Source of the DNA: Heteronotia binoei
Lineage: Eukaryota
Assembly: GCF_032191835.1 (NCBI RefSeq)
Contig: NC_083232.1
Span: 104,966,001-105,030,000, forward strand
Direction: 5' to 3'
DNA: 64,000 bases
This document shows positions 23,346-36,180 of the stretch, in pieces. A program made the position numbers and the translations under genes. Positions within the stretch are counted from its first letter, which is position 1. Each line of letters begins with the position of its first letter. The notes under the pieces are model-generated. The model was not told where the DNA came from. It saw only the letters and a program-made list of their open reading frames with translations, and ran no database searches.

Positions 23346-25247
23346 TATAACGGCTATATTGAATGTATATAAGGGAAGCAAAGAGTGGTCCCGCCAGTCT
23401 TTGCAAGACCTGCCAATAAACTGCTATTATATCAATGGTCTGTTTTATGTTCCTGAGAGATTGAGGACTTGACAATGGGACCCAAAATTTTGTGAGAAAG
23501 GTTTCCAAGGCCTCAGTAGCCTTCTGCGTAAAAAGGTGCACATGTGAAGGCTATGAGGAGCAAGGGCATAGAGCACTCCTGGGGGCAACCGCACATTCGA
23601 CAAGGGCTGTGGCCACCTCAGCTGCCTTTTCCACCAGGGCACCTGTGGAGGAAATTTGCCAGGCAGCTACCTGGTCTGCCTTTTAGACATTCGTCAGGTA
23701 CGGAGGAGGCAAGATGGCGCAGTGAAGCGGAGCGTTTTTGCTGGGCTCCAACAACGCTTCGATTTGGCAGGCTCTTGAGGGGGTCCTCTTTGGAGGAAAC
23801 CTCTTTAAAAAGTGTCTGGGGACACTTTGCAGTTTGGGGAGCTGGCAGGGAACTCGCAGGGGAAGCAGAGGCTTCCCCCTTGATCGGAGCCTGCCAACGC
23901 TCTGGCGCTGAACTGCGCCGCCGGGAAGGAGCTGACAAGGCAACTGACTCATTAAAAACTAACCTGTCAAACTTATTAATAAATCGATGCTGAGACAGAG
24001 AAATACTTATCTAAGAGAACGAAAATGCGGAGTGCTGAACGGAGAAGACTGAGGACTGGAAAGCAACGCCTGAAGCCTAAAGCAGCCTAGCGAGCGGCCG
24101 GACGGTGCGGCGGAGAATCGTGGAGTGGCGTGCTGGGGAGGCGGCGAAGAATTTGTGAACTGGCGAGGCCGAACGAGGAAGACGAGGTACGAGAGGGGAC
24201 TTGTCTTTTGTAAGAGCTGAATAACAAAGGGAAGTGTAGCCTGAGGCTGAGGCGGTGGCGAAAAGAGTGAGCGGAGGAAATTGGAAAGCTCAAGCCGGTT
24301 TTGAAATAAGGCAGACGCGCTAACAGGAGACGGAGCGGAGAGGAAGGAGAAAGAAGAAACAAAGGGGACTGTGTACTATAAAGAGAAAGAAGGCTTGACA
24401 AGAAATAGAAAACTAGAGGAAGGCTAAGACAGAACTGAAGAGATAAAAAGAGACGAAAAGACTAAGAGAAAGACTGAGCAAAGGGAAAGAAATGGTGGAT
24501 GGTGGAAAGACCGAACGGCAAGCGGCAAGAACGGAATCAGGAGAAGATAGCGACAGTTCGGGGGAAGGATTTGTGAGTAGAAATAATTTTTGACTGGATA
24601 TTGCAAGTAGTAGAGGGTTTGGGGTAGAAGTTGGACTGGACTAACATTAATGAAGGCAAAAGTGGGGAAAACGCTTAGAAGTAACTGAGCTATTGAGAGA
24701 ATACAGCAAGTTTAAAGGAGGGAGAGGTGGTTCTTAGCTATTTCTAATGGCGGCTGCCTCCCCCTTGAAGAGTGGTTAAGGACAGTGTCAGGAAGAAACA
24801 GAATGTACTGGGACTGTGTGGGAAAGAGAACTGGGGGAAGACATGGACACGTAGCTTAAGGAGAAGGAAGAAAGAAGAGGAAGAAGAAGAAGAAGGAAGA
24901 TAAGGGGAACTGAATGTATTTTCAGAATTAATTTAAGATCAACTTACTAATAGTGATTTACAGTATTTATAGTATAATAAGTTAGTGTTTAAAACTGACA
25001 TAAATTGATTTTGATTTTAATAAAAAGACTTGATTAATCCTTAGCTAAATTATTGGATGGTGTTGGTGATTTGAGGTGGAATTAATTGATTGGGGTGTTA
25101 ATTTGGTAGTTAATGAACTGTGTCTCTTTATACTCTATATATTTAAAGTAAACAATAAGGAAGTCCTGGAAATTGAGTGGTTGGCAGGAAAATTGGTTAA
25201 ATTTGAAGGAAGTAAGAATTAAAAAGAAAGCTTAACAATTTATAGAA

Positions 25248-26243
25248 ATGGACCCTAAAATTAAAAAATTGGGCCAAAGTACCCCACCAGGGGGAAGTAA
25301 ATTGGGAACTTCAGCGATAAATCAAGATGCGCTGGAAAAATTACAAAATATTATGATTGCTGGGTTTAAGCAGAACCAGGAGGCCTTAGAAGAAATAAAG
25401 ACTGAATTAATGGGGGAAATTAAGAAGACGAACGAACAAGTAACCGAATTTCAAAAACAGTTACTTGTCAATACACAACAGGTTCACGAGTTGTCAGTCA
25501 AAGTAGGAGAGCTGAAGGACCAAGGGGAAGAAACAGCAAGAGGGACACAAGAAAACAAAGCCAATCTTTCAGAGCTAGAAGACAGAGTAGCCAGGCTGGA
25601 GATGGAGAAATTGGCATACATATTAAGGTTTCAAAATATCCCTGAGGAAGAAGAAGAAAATATTGAAGACAAGATTGTTGAATTGTTAACCATCGACGGT
25701 GAACAACTGTTGGAAAACGGGAAGATGGAGATAGAGTGGGCAAGAAGAGTGTCTTCGGCGTACACTAAAAGATTAAATATCCCGAGAGAAATTCAGGTCA
25801 GATTTGCACGAATGGCGATATGCGAGAAGATCTGGACGATAGCTAAAAGGGAAGGCCTGAAATGGGAAGCTAAAGATATCAAAGTCTTAAAAGACATACC
25901 TTGGTCCATAAGGAAAAGACGGGGTGAATACAAAAAACTAACTAGCTGGCTTGTAAAACATTCCATAAGATTTAGGTGGTTAGTGCCAGAAGGGATCTTT
26001 TTCACTTATCAGACCAGGAGATATAACCTAACGACAGTGGCAAAGATGGAAGAATTTTGGGAGAAATTCGTAGAATCACAAGGACAGGAATCTGAATCTG
26101 GGGAAGATCAGGAAGAAGATCTCGACCATAATAATGCGGGGAAAACTGACTTGCAGAAAAAGGAAAGAGAAAGGATAAAGACTCGATCGCAGGTACAAAA
26201 GGAAAAAAGGAAAACCCCGGATAGTAATTTACTAACAAGATGA
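25248..26243 (+). CDS. L1 ORF1p (331 aa, uninterrupted)
   Basis: Coiled coil followed by ILRFQNIPEE...PREIQVRF (RRM) and IRFRWLVPEG (CTD), as in vertebrate L1 ORF1. Confidence 0.88.
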   Translation: MDPKIKKLGQSTPPGGSKLGTSAINQDALEKLQNIMIAGFKQNQEALEEIKTELMGEIKKTNEQVTEFQKQLLVNTQQVHELSVKVGELKDQGEETARGTQENKANLSELEDRVARLEMEKLAYILRFQNIPEEEEENIEDKIVELLTIDGEQLLENGKMEIEWARRVSSAYTKRLNIPREIQVRFARMAICEKIWTIAKREGLKWEAKDIKVLKDIPWSIRKRRGEYKKLTSWLVKHSIRFRWLVPEGIFFTYQTRRYNLTTVAKMEEFWEKFVESQGQESESGEDQEEDLDHNNAGKTDLQKKERERIKTRSQVQKEKRKTPDSNLLTR

Positions 26244-29200
26244 CGACTAAAGCTGGATTACAGATTTTTCCCGTCAACATAAATGGATTGAACGAACCTA
26301 AAAAAAGGAGAAGGCCTTTTTACAATTACAGAAGACTGGATCTCAAATAATATGCTTACAAGAAACACACATAAAAGAAGGAGATGTAAAACTCCTACAA
26401 AATAAAAAACTCGGTCAGCTTTCTACTCCTGCGATGGTAAGAAAAAGAGAGGTGTGGCGATCTATGTCAAAAAACATATAAAATCCGAACTGATATATAA
26501 AGATGAACTAGGTAGAGTAGTGATAATAGAAATTGAGATAAACGGAAACAAAACCATCTTGGGCAATATATACACCCCAAACGATAATCAAGAACAATTT
26601 TATACCTCGCTGCATGAAAACTTATCAAGTTACGGATTGGAAAATCTTTGCATAGTAGGCAACTATAATGCTGTACTTGATAAGGAGAAAGACAAAAAAT
26701 ATGAGAAAACCAAAGCGAAAAAACCTCGCAATCAACTCCCAAAAGCCTTCTTTGAAATGGTGGATGAGCTTAATTTAATAGACGCTTGGAGGATGAAAAA
26801 TCCACAAACAAGGGACTTCACTTATTTCTCGCAAGTACACAGCTGTTGGTCTAGACTAGATATGTGCTGGTTATCAGCCCCATTGGGTCGGTCGGTAATT
26901 CAGGCAGATATCAATCCGAAAACATTTGCTGACCATAACCCAATTCGGATTGTTCTGAAAGACGTTCCAAGAAAGACACGGTGGACATTGAATATGCAAA
27001 TTTTAAAAGAAGAGGCATTTATTGAGAAACCCAAAAAAGAGATAAAGATGTTTTTTGAATGTAACCTGCAAAAGGACACATCTATGTTAACAATTTGGGA
27101 TGCCTTTAAAGCTTTCTTTAGAGGGATTGCTATTAGCTATACTGTAAAAAGGAAGAAAGAAAGATTGAAAGCCTATAATGATTTGATAACTGAAGTTAAC
27201 GATTTGGAAAAACAACAAAAAGTCAAAAATACTAGAGAAATTACAATGAAGATCTCTGCACTACAGCATGAAATAAACCTATTATTGGCTAAAGAATTGG
27301 AAAAAAAACTGAAGTGGACAAAACAAAATTACATCGAGAACGCCAACAAGAACAGTAGGTGGTTAGCATACAAATTAAGAAAAGAAAGGGGGGGGGAAAG
27401 CATAAGTTCACTTAAAAATAAAGATAAAGAAGTAGTCTCGGAACAATCCCAAATGAATGAAATTATACAAGATTTCTACCAGAACCTTTATAAAAAACAA
27501 GAGATCGCTCAATCACAACAGGAGGAATATATTGAAAATATGGAGAGCAAACAAATAACCAGAGAGCAGCAGGAAGGATTAGAAAGCTCCATCACTGTAC
27601 ACGAAATAATAGAGGCGTTGAAAAAACAAAAGAGTAACAAATCTCCAGGTCCTGATGGATTACCGATAGAATTTTTAAAAAGATTTGAAGAGATCCTGTT
27701 AATCCCGTACAAGAGCCTGATAGAAGAAATACAAGTAACAGCCAAACTACCCTTATCGTGGAATGAGGCCCTAATTTCGTTGATTTATAAAAAAGAGACA
27801 GACCCTACGGAGATTTGGAATTACAGGCCAATACCGCTTTTAAATGCAGACTATAAAGTATTTGCATTAATTTTATCCAATAGGCTTAAAAAGGTTATAC
27901 CAACAGTTATTGATGAAGATCAAACGGGATTCATCCCTGGCAAAATGATAAGACAAAATACAAGATTTTTCATGAACATCCTAGAGTATTATCGAAGCCA
28001 TCCCGGAAAGCCGTTTGCAGGTATTGCCCTCGATGCAGAAAAGGCATTTGACAACGTCAACTGGAACCTTATGCTAAAGGCACTAGCAGCTATTGGATGT
28101 GGCGAGACGTTCATTAAATTAGTAAGAGCTATCTATACTAAACAAAAGGCAAAAGTCAACATAAACGGGCAGTTCACCGAGGCAATAAGAATTGAACAGG
28201 GTACTAGACAAGGTTGCCCACTATCCCCCTTGCTCTTTATTTTAACACTGGAACTCTTACTAATAAAGATAAGGGAGGATAAAGGAATTAAAGGCACCAA
28301 GATTAAGGGGGAAACATATAAAGTACGAGCTTATGCTGATGATCTCTTACTGATATTAGAAGACCCCATTGCCTCGATAGATCGTTTGATGGAAAGATTA
28401 GAAGAATATGGAAGAATTTCAGGCTTTAACGTGAATACCAAAATTTTTGACTCAAAACATGACTCAAGATCAAATTGTGCAACTAGAAATTAAATCTGGC
28501 TTTAGTTATGAAAAAAGAATTAAATATTTAGGCATCTATTTCACCAATAACTTAAAAACATTACAAAGAGATAATTATGATAAGATTCTAAAAGAAATTC
28601 AATCAGATTTGTATAAATGGAGAGACCTACAAATTTCATTATCAGGAAGAATTGCATCAATCAAGATGAACATACTACCAAGAATCTTATATTTGTTCCA
28701 GACAATACCAATTATTTTATCCCAAGCTTTCCTGCGTCAACTAAATAAACTGATAACTATATTTATTTGGCAAAACAAAAAACCCAGAATTAGACTAAAG
28801 GTTTTGCAAGACAGTAAATTAAGAGGAGGATTAGCCTTGCCGGACTGGAATATATATTACAAGGCATGCTGTCTAGTTTGGCTAATAGACTGGTTTGATC
28901 TGGAAAACAAAAGGCTACTAGTTCTGGAAGGTGATGGTCTGGCCAAAGGATGGCACTCCTATCTGTGGTATCAGCCTCCGACAAAGAATAACATTTTTCA
29001 CAGACACAAGATAAGGAAAGCGTTATTTAAAGTCTGGAATGAAGTGACAAATACGATCTATACCCGCATACCCTCCTGGCTGTCACCGGTAGAAGCCTCC
29101 AGCCAACCTAATCTATATTGTTGGGAAAATAAATACAACTATGGGAATTTACTAGATAAAGAGAATAACCTAAACTTAGACAATAATATGAAATTGGATT

Positions 29201-29952
29201 GGTGGCTGAGAAACCAAGTGAAATCCAAATATCAGATAGATAAAGAAATAGGATTTTCTAAAAAGTTAAACGAATTTGATTCAATAATCCGGGATAATCA
29301 GAAACTCATCTCCAAAATTTATAATTGGCTTTTACAAATTAAAATGCAAAGTGAAGTGGTTAAAAAAAGCTGGATTAAATGGTTGAAAGATTTTGGTTAT
29401 AATATTGAGATGGAAGAATGGAAAAAAAATTGGGAACAAAATTTAAAATTAACAAAGTCTGCAGTGTTTAAGGAAAATATATATAAGATGGTGTACAGGT
29501 GGTATTTAACACCAGAAGGATTGAGTAAGATATACCCAAAGTATTCCAACAAATGTTGGAAATGCAGAAAAGTCAAAGGGTTCCTCTATCATATTTGGTG
29601 GCAGTGTGAATTCGCCAGGAAATACTGGGCCCAGATTAGTACATGGATACAAAATATACTAAGAACAAGGCTTCAACATTCTCCAGAATTATATCTATTA
29701 AATGTCTATAAAGGGAATTTACCTAAACAAGAGAAGAAATTGTTACTGCATATAATAACTGTTGCAAGAATTTTTTATGCAAAGTACTGGAAAGTCTCTA
29801 AACTGCCAGACAGGGGAGAGTTTTTACAAAAATTATTAGATGCAGCTGAGATGGATACTTTAACTGTAAGATTAAAGGAGGTAATATACGAGATTGTAGA
29901 AAGACCTGGGACTATTTATATGATTGGATTAAAAGTATGGGTCTTAATATGA
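26240..29952 (+). pseudogene. L1 ORF2 (EN-RT-Cys-rich), frameshifted at about 26320, 26420 and 28440
   Basis: NINGLN, CLQETH, GNYN, SRLDMCW (endonuclease). QGCPLSP and YADD (RT). KCWKC...HIWWQC (C-terminus). Confidence 0.9.
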
Positions 29953-30765
29953 AGAAACTGGAACTCTGTTATGGAGATGCCTATTAAGCTCCTTGGGTGG
30001 AGGGTTGGGTGATGGTTTATGTATGTATTTGTGTATTTATATATATGTATAACCTAGTCCTGTATAAGTAATTGATAAATAAAGTGTTGTTTTGTATTAA
30101 AAAAAAAGACATTTGTCAGGTACTAGAGAATTGATCAGCAGTCTTCTATAGACGCTGCCTTTGGGAGACGGGTCCTCCAACAGGTGTTGGATGAGTGACC
30201 TCCTGCTGTACCCTCCCAACCGATCTTTGTTCTATAACCACTTTGGATACCTTCTCCCACTGAAGGAGAATGAAATATTGGACTTACCAGAAGGTTTCTT
30301 CTCTTCAGTGGGGCGAAGGCTTTAGTTACTTGCCACGCTGAAATGTGACTATTTCAACTGTAGTTACTGTTTTTGGCATGTTCAATATTAAAAGTTGTTG
30401 TAGTTTTTTCCATATTCTGAGTGGTGAGAAGTTTTGGGCGAGGCTATTTTATGTCTGGAAGAACACCCTCTCTAGGTCCTGGAAGGCACACAGCAAAATT
30501 TGTATAGCCCTTCCTGGCATGAGAGGAGGCCTGACTTGACTGATCTGGATGCCTTCCCCCCACTGAAGAGAAGAAACCTTCCGGTAAGTCCAATGTTTTA
30601 TTATGCAACACCATTAAGTCAATAATTAGTGATCACAGCAATAACCATGGGGGGAAATACTCTATATGTTACTAAAAATGATTATACGTTCCGCACATCA
30701 TACAATACAATGTAAAGGGATAAGAAATAAAGCCCAAATATATGGAGATGTCCAGAAGTCCTCTG

Positions 30766-31416
30766 TGTCAAGCTCTGTTCATTGATACTATTGCTGAATG
30801 TTGATTACTAACCAGATTGATTAATGCACATATATGCTCACTAACCTATGACAGTAGAATAGTAGAAGGGGGGCCAAGTAGGGAATAGCCAAAGAGTAGC
30901 TTCCCAGGAATATCAAAGGTTGTGAGGCAGTCTTTGAAGTGGATACTGCCTGGCAGATTCTCACCTCCCCCCTAGAGGCAGCAAGGACATTGCCGCTGGG
31001 GAAATGTAACTACCAACTGAAAGGGATAAGGTGGAGCCGTGTGAAAAGTCTTACATGCAAAAGCAGCCTTTGTTTTGGGAATTGGGGGGGTAGATGCAAT
31101 TGCTTTAGAATGCATGTAGAATGTTAAATACCAATGATTCGAATTGCTTGCCATCAGTTCCAATACCTATCATGCTGAAGTAACTTTGGAGTATACAATA
31201 AATGCAACTTTGTTTCAAATAACAAGTCTGCTTATTTGGGAACTTCAATGAACCTTTGCTGACATTTTGGAACTGATCCCCATGAAGGTTTATCAGCGCT
31301 GGTAACTTTGCAGCAGATGGCTGAAAAGGCACCCAGCGACCGAGAGCTTTCAGATCCAATCGACATCCCAACGTCTCCGGCGCGGCACTGGGAACTTCAA
31401 TGAACCTTCGCTGACA
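30766..31416 (+). mobile_element. Internally deleted Gypsy element D: 5' LTR (30766-31264), PBS, 24 gag codons, last 28 bp of 3' LTR
   Basis: TSD CTCTG at 30761-30765 and 31417-31421. LTR end TGGGAACTTCAATGAACCTT(T/C)GCTGACA occurs twice (31237-31264 and 31389-31416). MAEKAP start homologous to elements B and C. Confidence 0.88.
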
Positions 31417-32167
31417 CTCTGGGTGGGTCCAGACCACACCAAGACGCTGGCCCTTTATCCTTCGTTTTGAAATTTAATCTTCCACTGATGGACTATATGA
31501 TAAATAATACTAAATCCTTAAACATTATTTTACAGGCAGGGGAATCACACCCGCCAAGAAAACTGACCTGAACTCTTATCATTGACAGCACAACTTATTC
31601 CATAGGATGCCGAATGATGAACAATATGCAATTCAACAAGCACTTCCTCTGTCCTGTTAAAGTCTCATTTGGCAAATAAAATGTTACTTTTTAAAAAAAA
31701 TTTAACTTTATTGAGAATAAACAAACGATCTTAACAAAAGAGTTAAACATTCATCCGGGTAATTCTGAGTAATCCCTATACATGAAACAAAAAACAGAAA
31801 ACAGAGTGAAAGTGGATTCAAACAACACGTTAATTATCACTTTTAAATAAAGTAGATTATTATCATAACATAAATTCCTCTTCAACCTAATTCCCCCCCC
31901 CCCTTCTTTCCCTTCTGTCTTCCTTTCAATCCATCTGTACAATTTCTTCCATTTATTACTTGCTACTGATTTCGCCTGCCCTTTCAGAAGTGCTGAAAGT
32001 ATATCTGCCTCAGCGGCAAAAAGCACTTTTCCCACCAATTCCTCCAAATTTGGGCAATTCCCTTTCTTCCAATATTTGGCTATTAAAATTCTAGCAGCAG
32101 TGATAGTATAAATCACCAAATGTTCATCTTCTTTTGGTATCTCCTTACCTTTTGGTATCTCCTTACC

Positions 32168-35100
32168 TGCTTACCAAGACTAAGACGAGCCGCCCCCGCT
32201 CCCGGCCCCAGCCTCGACGCTGAGACGCCGGAGACGGTGCCTGGAGGTGCGGATTGAGCCGGGCTATTGGCCGAGGACGCGGATGACTGCTGGCTGTGGA
32301 CGCGAGCGAGTGAGGACGAAAAACGGCGAGAAACGAGGGGCGCTGTGTCCGGAGTGTGCAGACGGGAATGGGCTGACGGCCGGCGGGGCTGACGACTGGC
32401 GAGGTTAACGCCTGCGAGCGGAGACGGCCGGGAGTTTGAGGCGATAGAGCCTACAGACTGGCTATTTGGGGGACCGTCCGCCTGAGGATTATCTACCCGA
32501 GGGACCATCTCGCCGGAGACCCTGCCGGAGACTGCACAAGGCGGTGGTGCGAGGTGTGAGGCGCAGAGTGTGAGGAATAGGGAGGAGTGCCCAAGAGTGG
32601 CAGTTCGGTCAGGGAGACGGTGGCATCAGGGTGTTTGGAGACAGCTGCGGGTGAGGAACACCAATGAGAACGTTAATACTACCAACTGTAAGAACTATGC
32701 AACCTTACCATCTAAGAGTAAGAACAAGACTGAGACTTAATACCCGCCTCTGCCACAAGACAGCCACCTACACCCCGCACCTTAGACTCTGCCGCCTTGC
32801 ACTTTTTTGGACACTATCGCACTTTAGACTTTCCCGCCTTGCACTTTTTGGACTTCTGACACTACCGCACTTTTGCTTTTAGAGCCTCCATAATATAATC
32901 AGTAGAATTTTGCACTTTAACACTCTGTATTTACGGGATACAGCAGCACTTTGCCTACCGAGTTTCCATTATCATTAGTCGACACACTGGTATCCACCAC
33001 AGACGATGACTGGCCTGGGGATTCCAGTACTCCTGGGGAGGGGAAGGTATGACGGTGGGAGCAGGCAGATCTACAAGCGAAGGAGGCTGCGACATGAGAG
33101 TGCTCGACCACCTTCCAGCCTGCGTCCCATCCCGACAATGACAGGTAGTGGGACCAGATGAACTTACCCGCCTCCGACACTGGTGTTGTGCAACGCCAGG
33201 TCCATCAATAATAAGACCGGTGTCCTTCGAGACTTCCTACTGGAACAGGACGCGGACCGGGCTTGCGTGACCGAGACCTGGGTCCGAGATGGGGAGACTG
33301 TGGCTCTCTCCCAGATGACCCCCCCGGGTTACTCGGACCTCCACCAGTCCCGGACTAGCGGGCGGGGGGGAGGAGTGGCATTACTCATACGAGAGGCTTA
33401 CACCTTTAGGGCTCTCCTGGCCCCGGAGATTCCAGGCATTGAATGTGCCGGCCTGATGTGGGACGTTGGGGAGGGGTTGGCGATTTGGCTGGTGTACCGA
33501 CCGCCTAATGCACCAGCCGCCTTACCATCCCTGGTGGAGGCCGCGGCGGGCTGGGCGTTGGAGTACCCATGGCTATTGGTCTTGGGTGACTTCAATGTCC
33601 ACGCCGACGACGCGGCCTCCAACCTGGCGATGGATCTGGTGTCATCCATGGTGACACTAGGACTCTCCCAGGTTGTTACAACGCCCACTCATCAGGCGGG
33701 ACACGTTAGACCTGGTCTTCGCAGCGGGAGTACAAGTGAACGATATTGCAATAGAAGCAGTGCCATGGTCGGATCACTTTGCCCTCAAGGCTCGTATGGA
33801 TATGTCACCCCAAACCCGTTTGGGCGGAGAGCATATTTTGGTTCGCCCGCAGAGCCTGATGGACCCGGAACGGTTCCTGACGGCTCTATGGGATATCTGG
33901 CCCACTGGCGATTCCCTGGAGGCTCTGGTTGAGTCCTGGAACGATGGACTCTCCAGGGCTATCGAGGAGATCGCGCCTAGGCGTCCTCTGCGCCCCCGCC
34001 TCAAACCGTCTCCCTGGTTCAACCAGGAATTGCGGCAATTGAAGCGGGACCTCAGACGACTAGAGAGGCAATGGCGGCGTACTCGAGACGAAGCGACCCG
34101 AACATCTTATAGAGAGAGTTTGAAGACCTATGAGATGGCAATCAAATCCGCAAAGAAGACATACTTTGCGGCTAAGATTGCGTCCGCAACTTCGCACCCG
34201 GCACAATTGTTCGAAATAATTCGAGACCTGACGACTCTGCCCCAGGGCAGACCAAATTCCGTTGAATTAGAGATAAGCTGTGAGGCTTTTGCGAACTATT
34301 TTGCGGACAAGATCGCGTCACTCCGCCACGACCTCCCTGTCAACTTTGAGACAGTTAACGCAACCGAGGCCCCGAGCATGTCTTCGAATTATATCCTGGA
34401 CGGTTTCAGCCCCCTCAGCCTGGAGGAAGTCGACAGGATTCTCTCATCTGCCCACCCAACAACTTGCAAATTGGACCCATGCCCTTCCTGGCTTATTAAA
34501 TCTTGCCAGGGGGATCTCAGATATCCTATACGGGATATCATAAACAGATCCCTAACGGAAGGGCTTTTTCCGGCGCCCCTTAAAGAGGCCGTGGTCCGGC
34601 CCCTCTTAAAAAAACCATCTTTAGACCCGGCCCAATTGGCACACTATAGGCCGGTCTCAAACCTGCCCTTTCTGGGCAAACTTATTGAGAGGGCAGTGGC
34701 GAGGCAGCTACAGACTTTCCTGGAGGACGCTTCCATCCTCGACCCACTTCAGTCCGGCTTCCTCCCAGGTCACGGGACGGAGACGGTGTTGGTTGCCCTG
34801 GTGGATGACCTTCAACGGCATCTGGATCGGGGTGGCTCGGCAGTACTGATGTTGTTGGACCTATCGGCGGCGTTCGATACGGTCGACCATCGGTTGCTGA
34901 CTTGCCGCCTTGCCGACGCGGGGATTCAGGAGTTGGCCTTGCAGTGGCTTTCCTCCTTCCTTGAAGGTCGGGGACAAAGGGTCGCGATTGGGGGGGAACT
35001 GTCCCAGAGGCGCTCACTTAACTGTGGGGTGCCCCAGGGAGCGGTTCTCTCCCCGATGTTATTTAACATCTATTTGCGACCTCTTGCCCAGATTGCCCGA

Positions 35101-36180
35101 AGGTATGGGCTGGGGTGTCACCAGTATGCTGATGACACCCAGCTCTATCTACTTATGGATGGCCGACCGGTCTGCGCCCCAGAAAACCTGGATCGGGCAC
35201 TACAGGCCGTGGCTGAGTGGCTCAGACTGAGTGGACTGACACTGAATCCTGCGAAGACAGAGGTCCTTTGTTTGGGCCGTCGGGGACCGGGGGGGGGGAA
35301 ATCCCCCTGCCAGCTTTTGACGGTGTACCGCTGAGGCCAGCGGACAGGGTCAGGAGCCTGGGGGTGCTATTGGAGCCGTCCCTAAAGATGGAGGCTCAGA
35401 TAGCGGCCACTGCCAAGTCCGCGTTTTTTCATCTTAGACGGGCAAGGCAGTTGGCCCCCTTCCTGGCCCCCCACGACCTAGCAACAGCGATCCATGCCAC
35501 GGTCACCTCGAGGTTGGATTACTGCAATGCCCTCTACATGGGGCTGCCCCTGTGCCGGACCCGGAAATTGCAGCTAGTGCAGAATGCTGTGGCCCGGCTG
35601 TTACTGGGCCTCCCAAGGTGGGAGCACATCCGGCCGGGCCTTGGGGCTCTGCACTGGCTTCCAATAATATACCGAGTCCAGTACAAGGTGCTGGTCATCA
35701 CCTTTAAAGCCCTATATGGCCTGGGACCTGCCTACCTGAGGGACCGTCTCTCCCCACACATTCCCCAGAGAGTACTGAGGTCTGGCACTCAAAATCTGCT
35801 CACCATCCCCGGGCCCAAGGAAGTGCGTCTCAAGGCAACTAGAGACAGGGCCTTTTCCACAATGGCCCCTATGTGGTGGAACCAGCTACCGGAAGAGGTG
35901 AGGGCCCTGCGGGACCTTGCTCAGTTCCGCAGGGCCTGTAAGACAACCCTCTTCCGGTTAGCCTATGCCTGATTAGATAATGTAGCTACCAGATTTTTGT
36001 GATTATACTGTATAGTTTTAATGTTTAATTTTAAGGTTTTTAGGTTTTAATTGTCTGATTTTAGATGTAATAACTTGCTCTGATTTTACTGTTTTATTGT
36101 TTTATTGTCGTTGTAAGCCGCCCTGAGCCACTTGTGGGAAGGGCGGGATAGAAGTCACCAAATAAATAAAATAAATAAAA
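32168..36180 (+). mobile_element. Apparently full-length L2 LINE (4 kb)
   Basis: CpG-rich 5' region, endonuclease (LCNARSINNK, VTETW, GDFN, WSDH), RT (PQGAVLSP, YADDTQ), L2-type 3' end TTGTAAGCCGCCCTGAG...(AAAT)n. Frameshifts near 33705 and 35290. Confidence 0.9.

Larger units (their letters stand above)
23702..30107 (+). mobile_element. Full-length L1-clade LINE (6.4 kb)
   Basis: Starts GGAGGAGGCAAGATGGCG, 1.5-kb 5' UTR, ORF1, ORF2, AATAAA at about 30078, poly(A). 16-bp TSD GACATT(C/T)GTCAGGTAC at 23686-23701 and 30108-30123. Confidence 0.95.
23345..30594 (+). mobile_element. DIRS-type tyrosine-recombinase retroelement 3' fragment, split by L1
   Basis: AHSTRAVATSAAFSTRAPVEEICQAATWS (about 23585-23680) continues after the L1 as TFVR..IDAAFGRRVLQQV. 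A 44-bp inverted pair at 30277-30320 / 30551-30594 fits ICR/terminal repeat structure. Confidence 0.8.
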
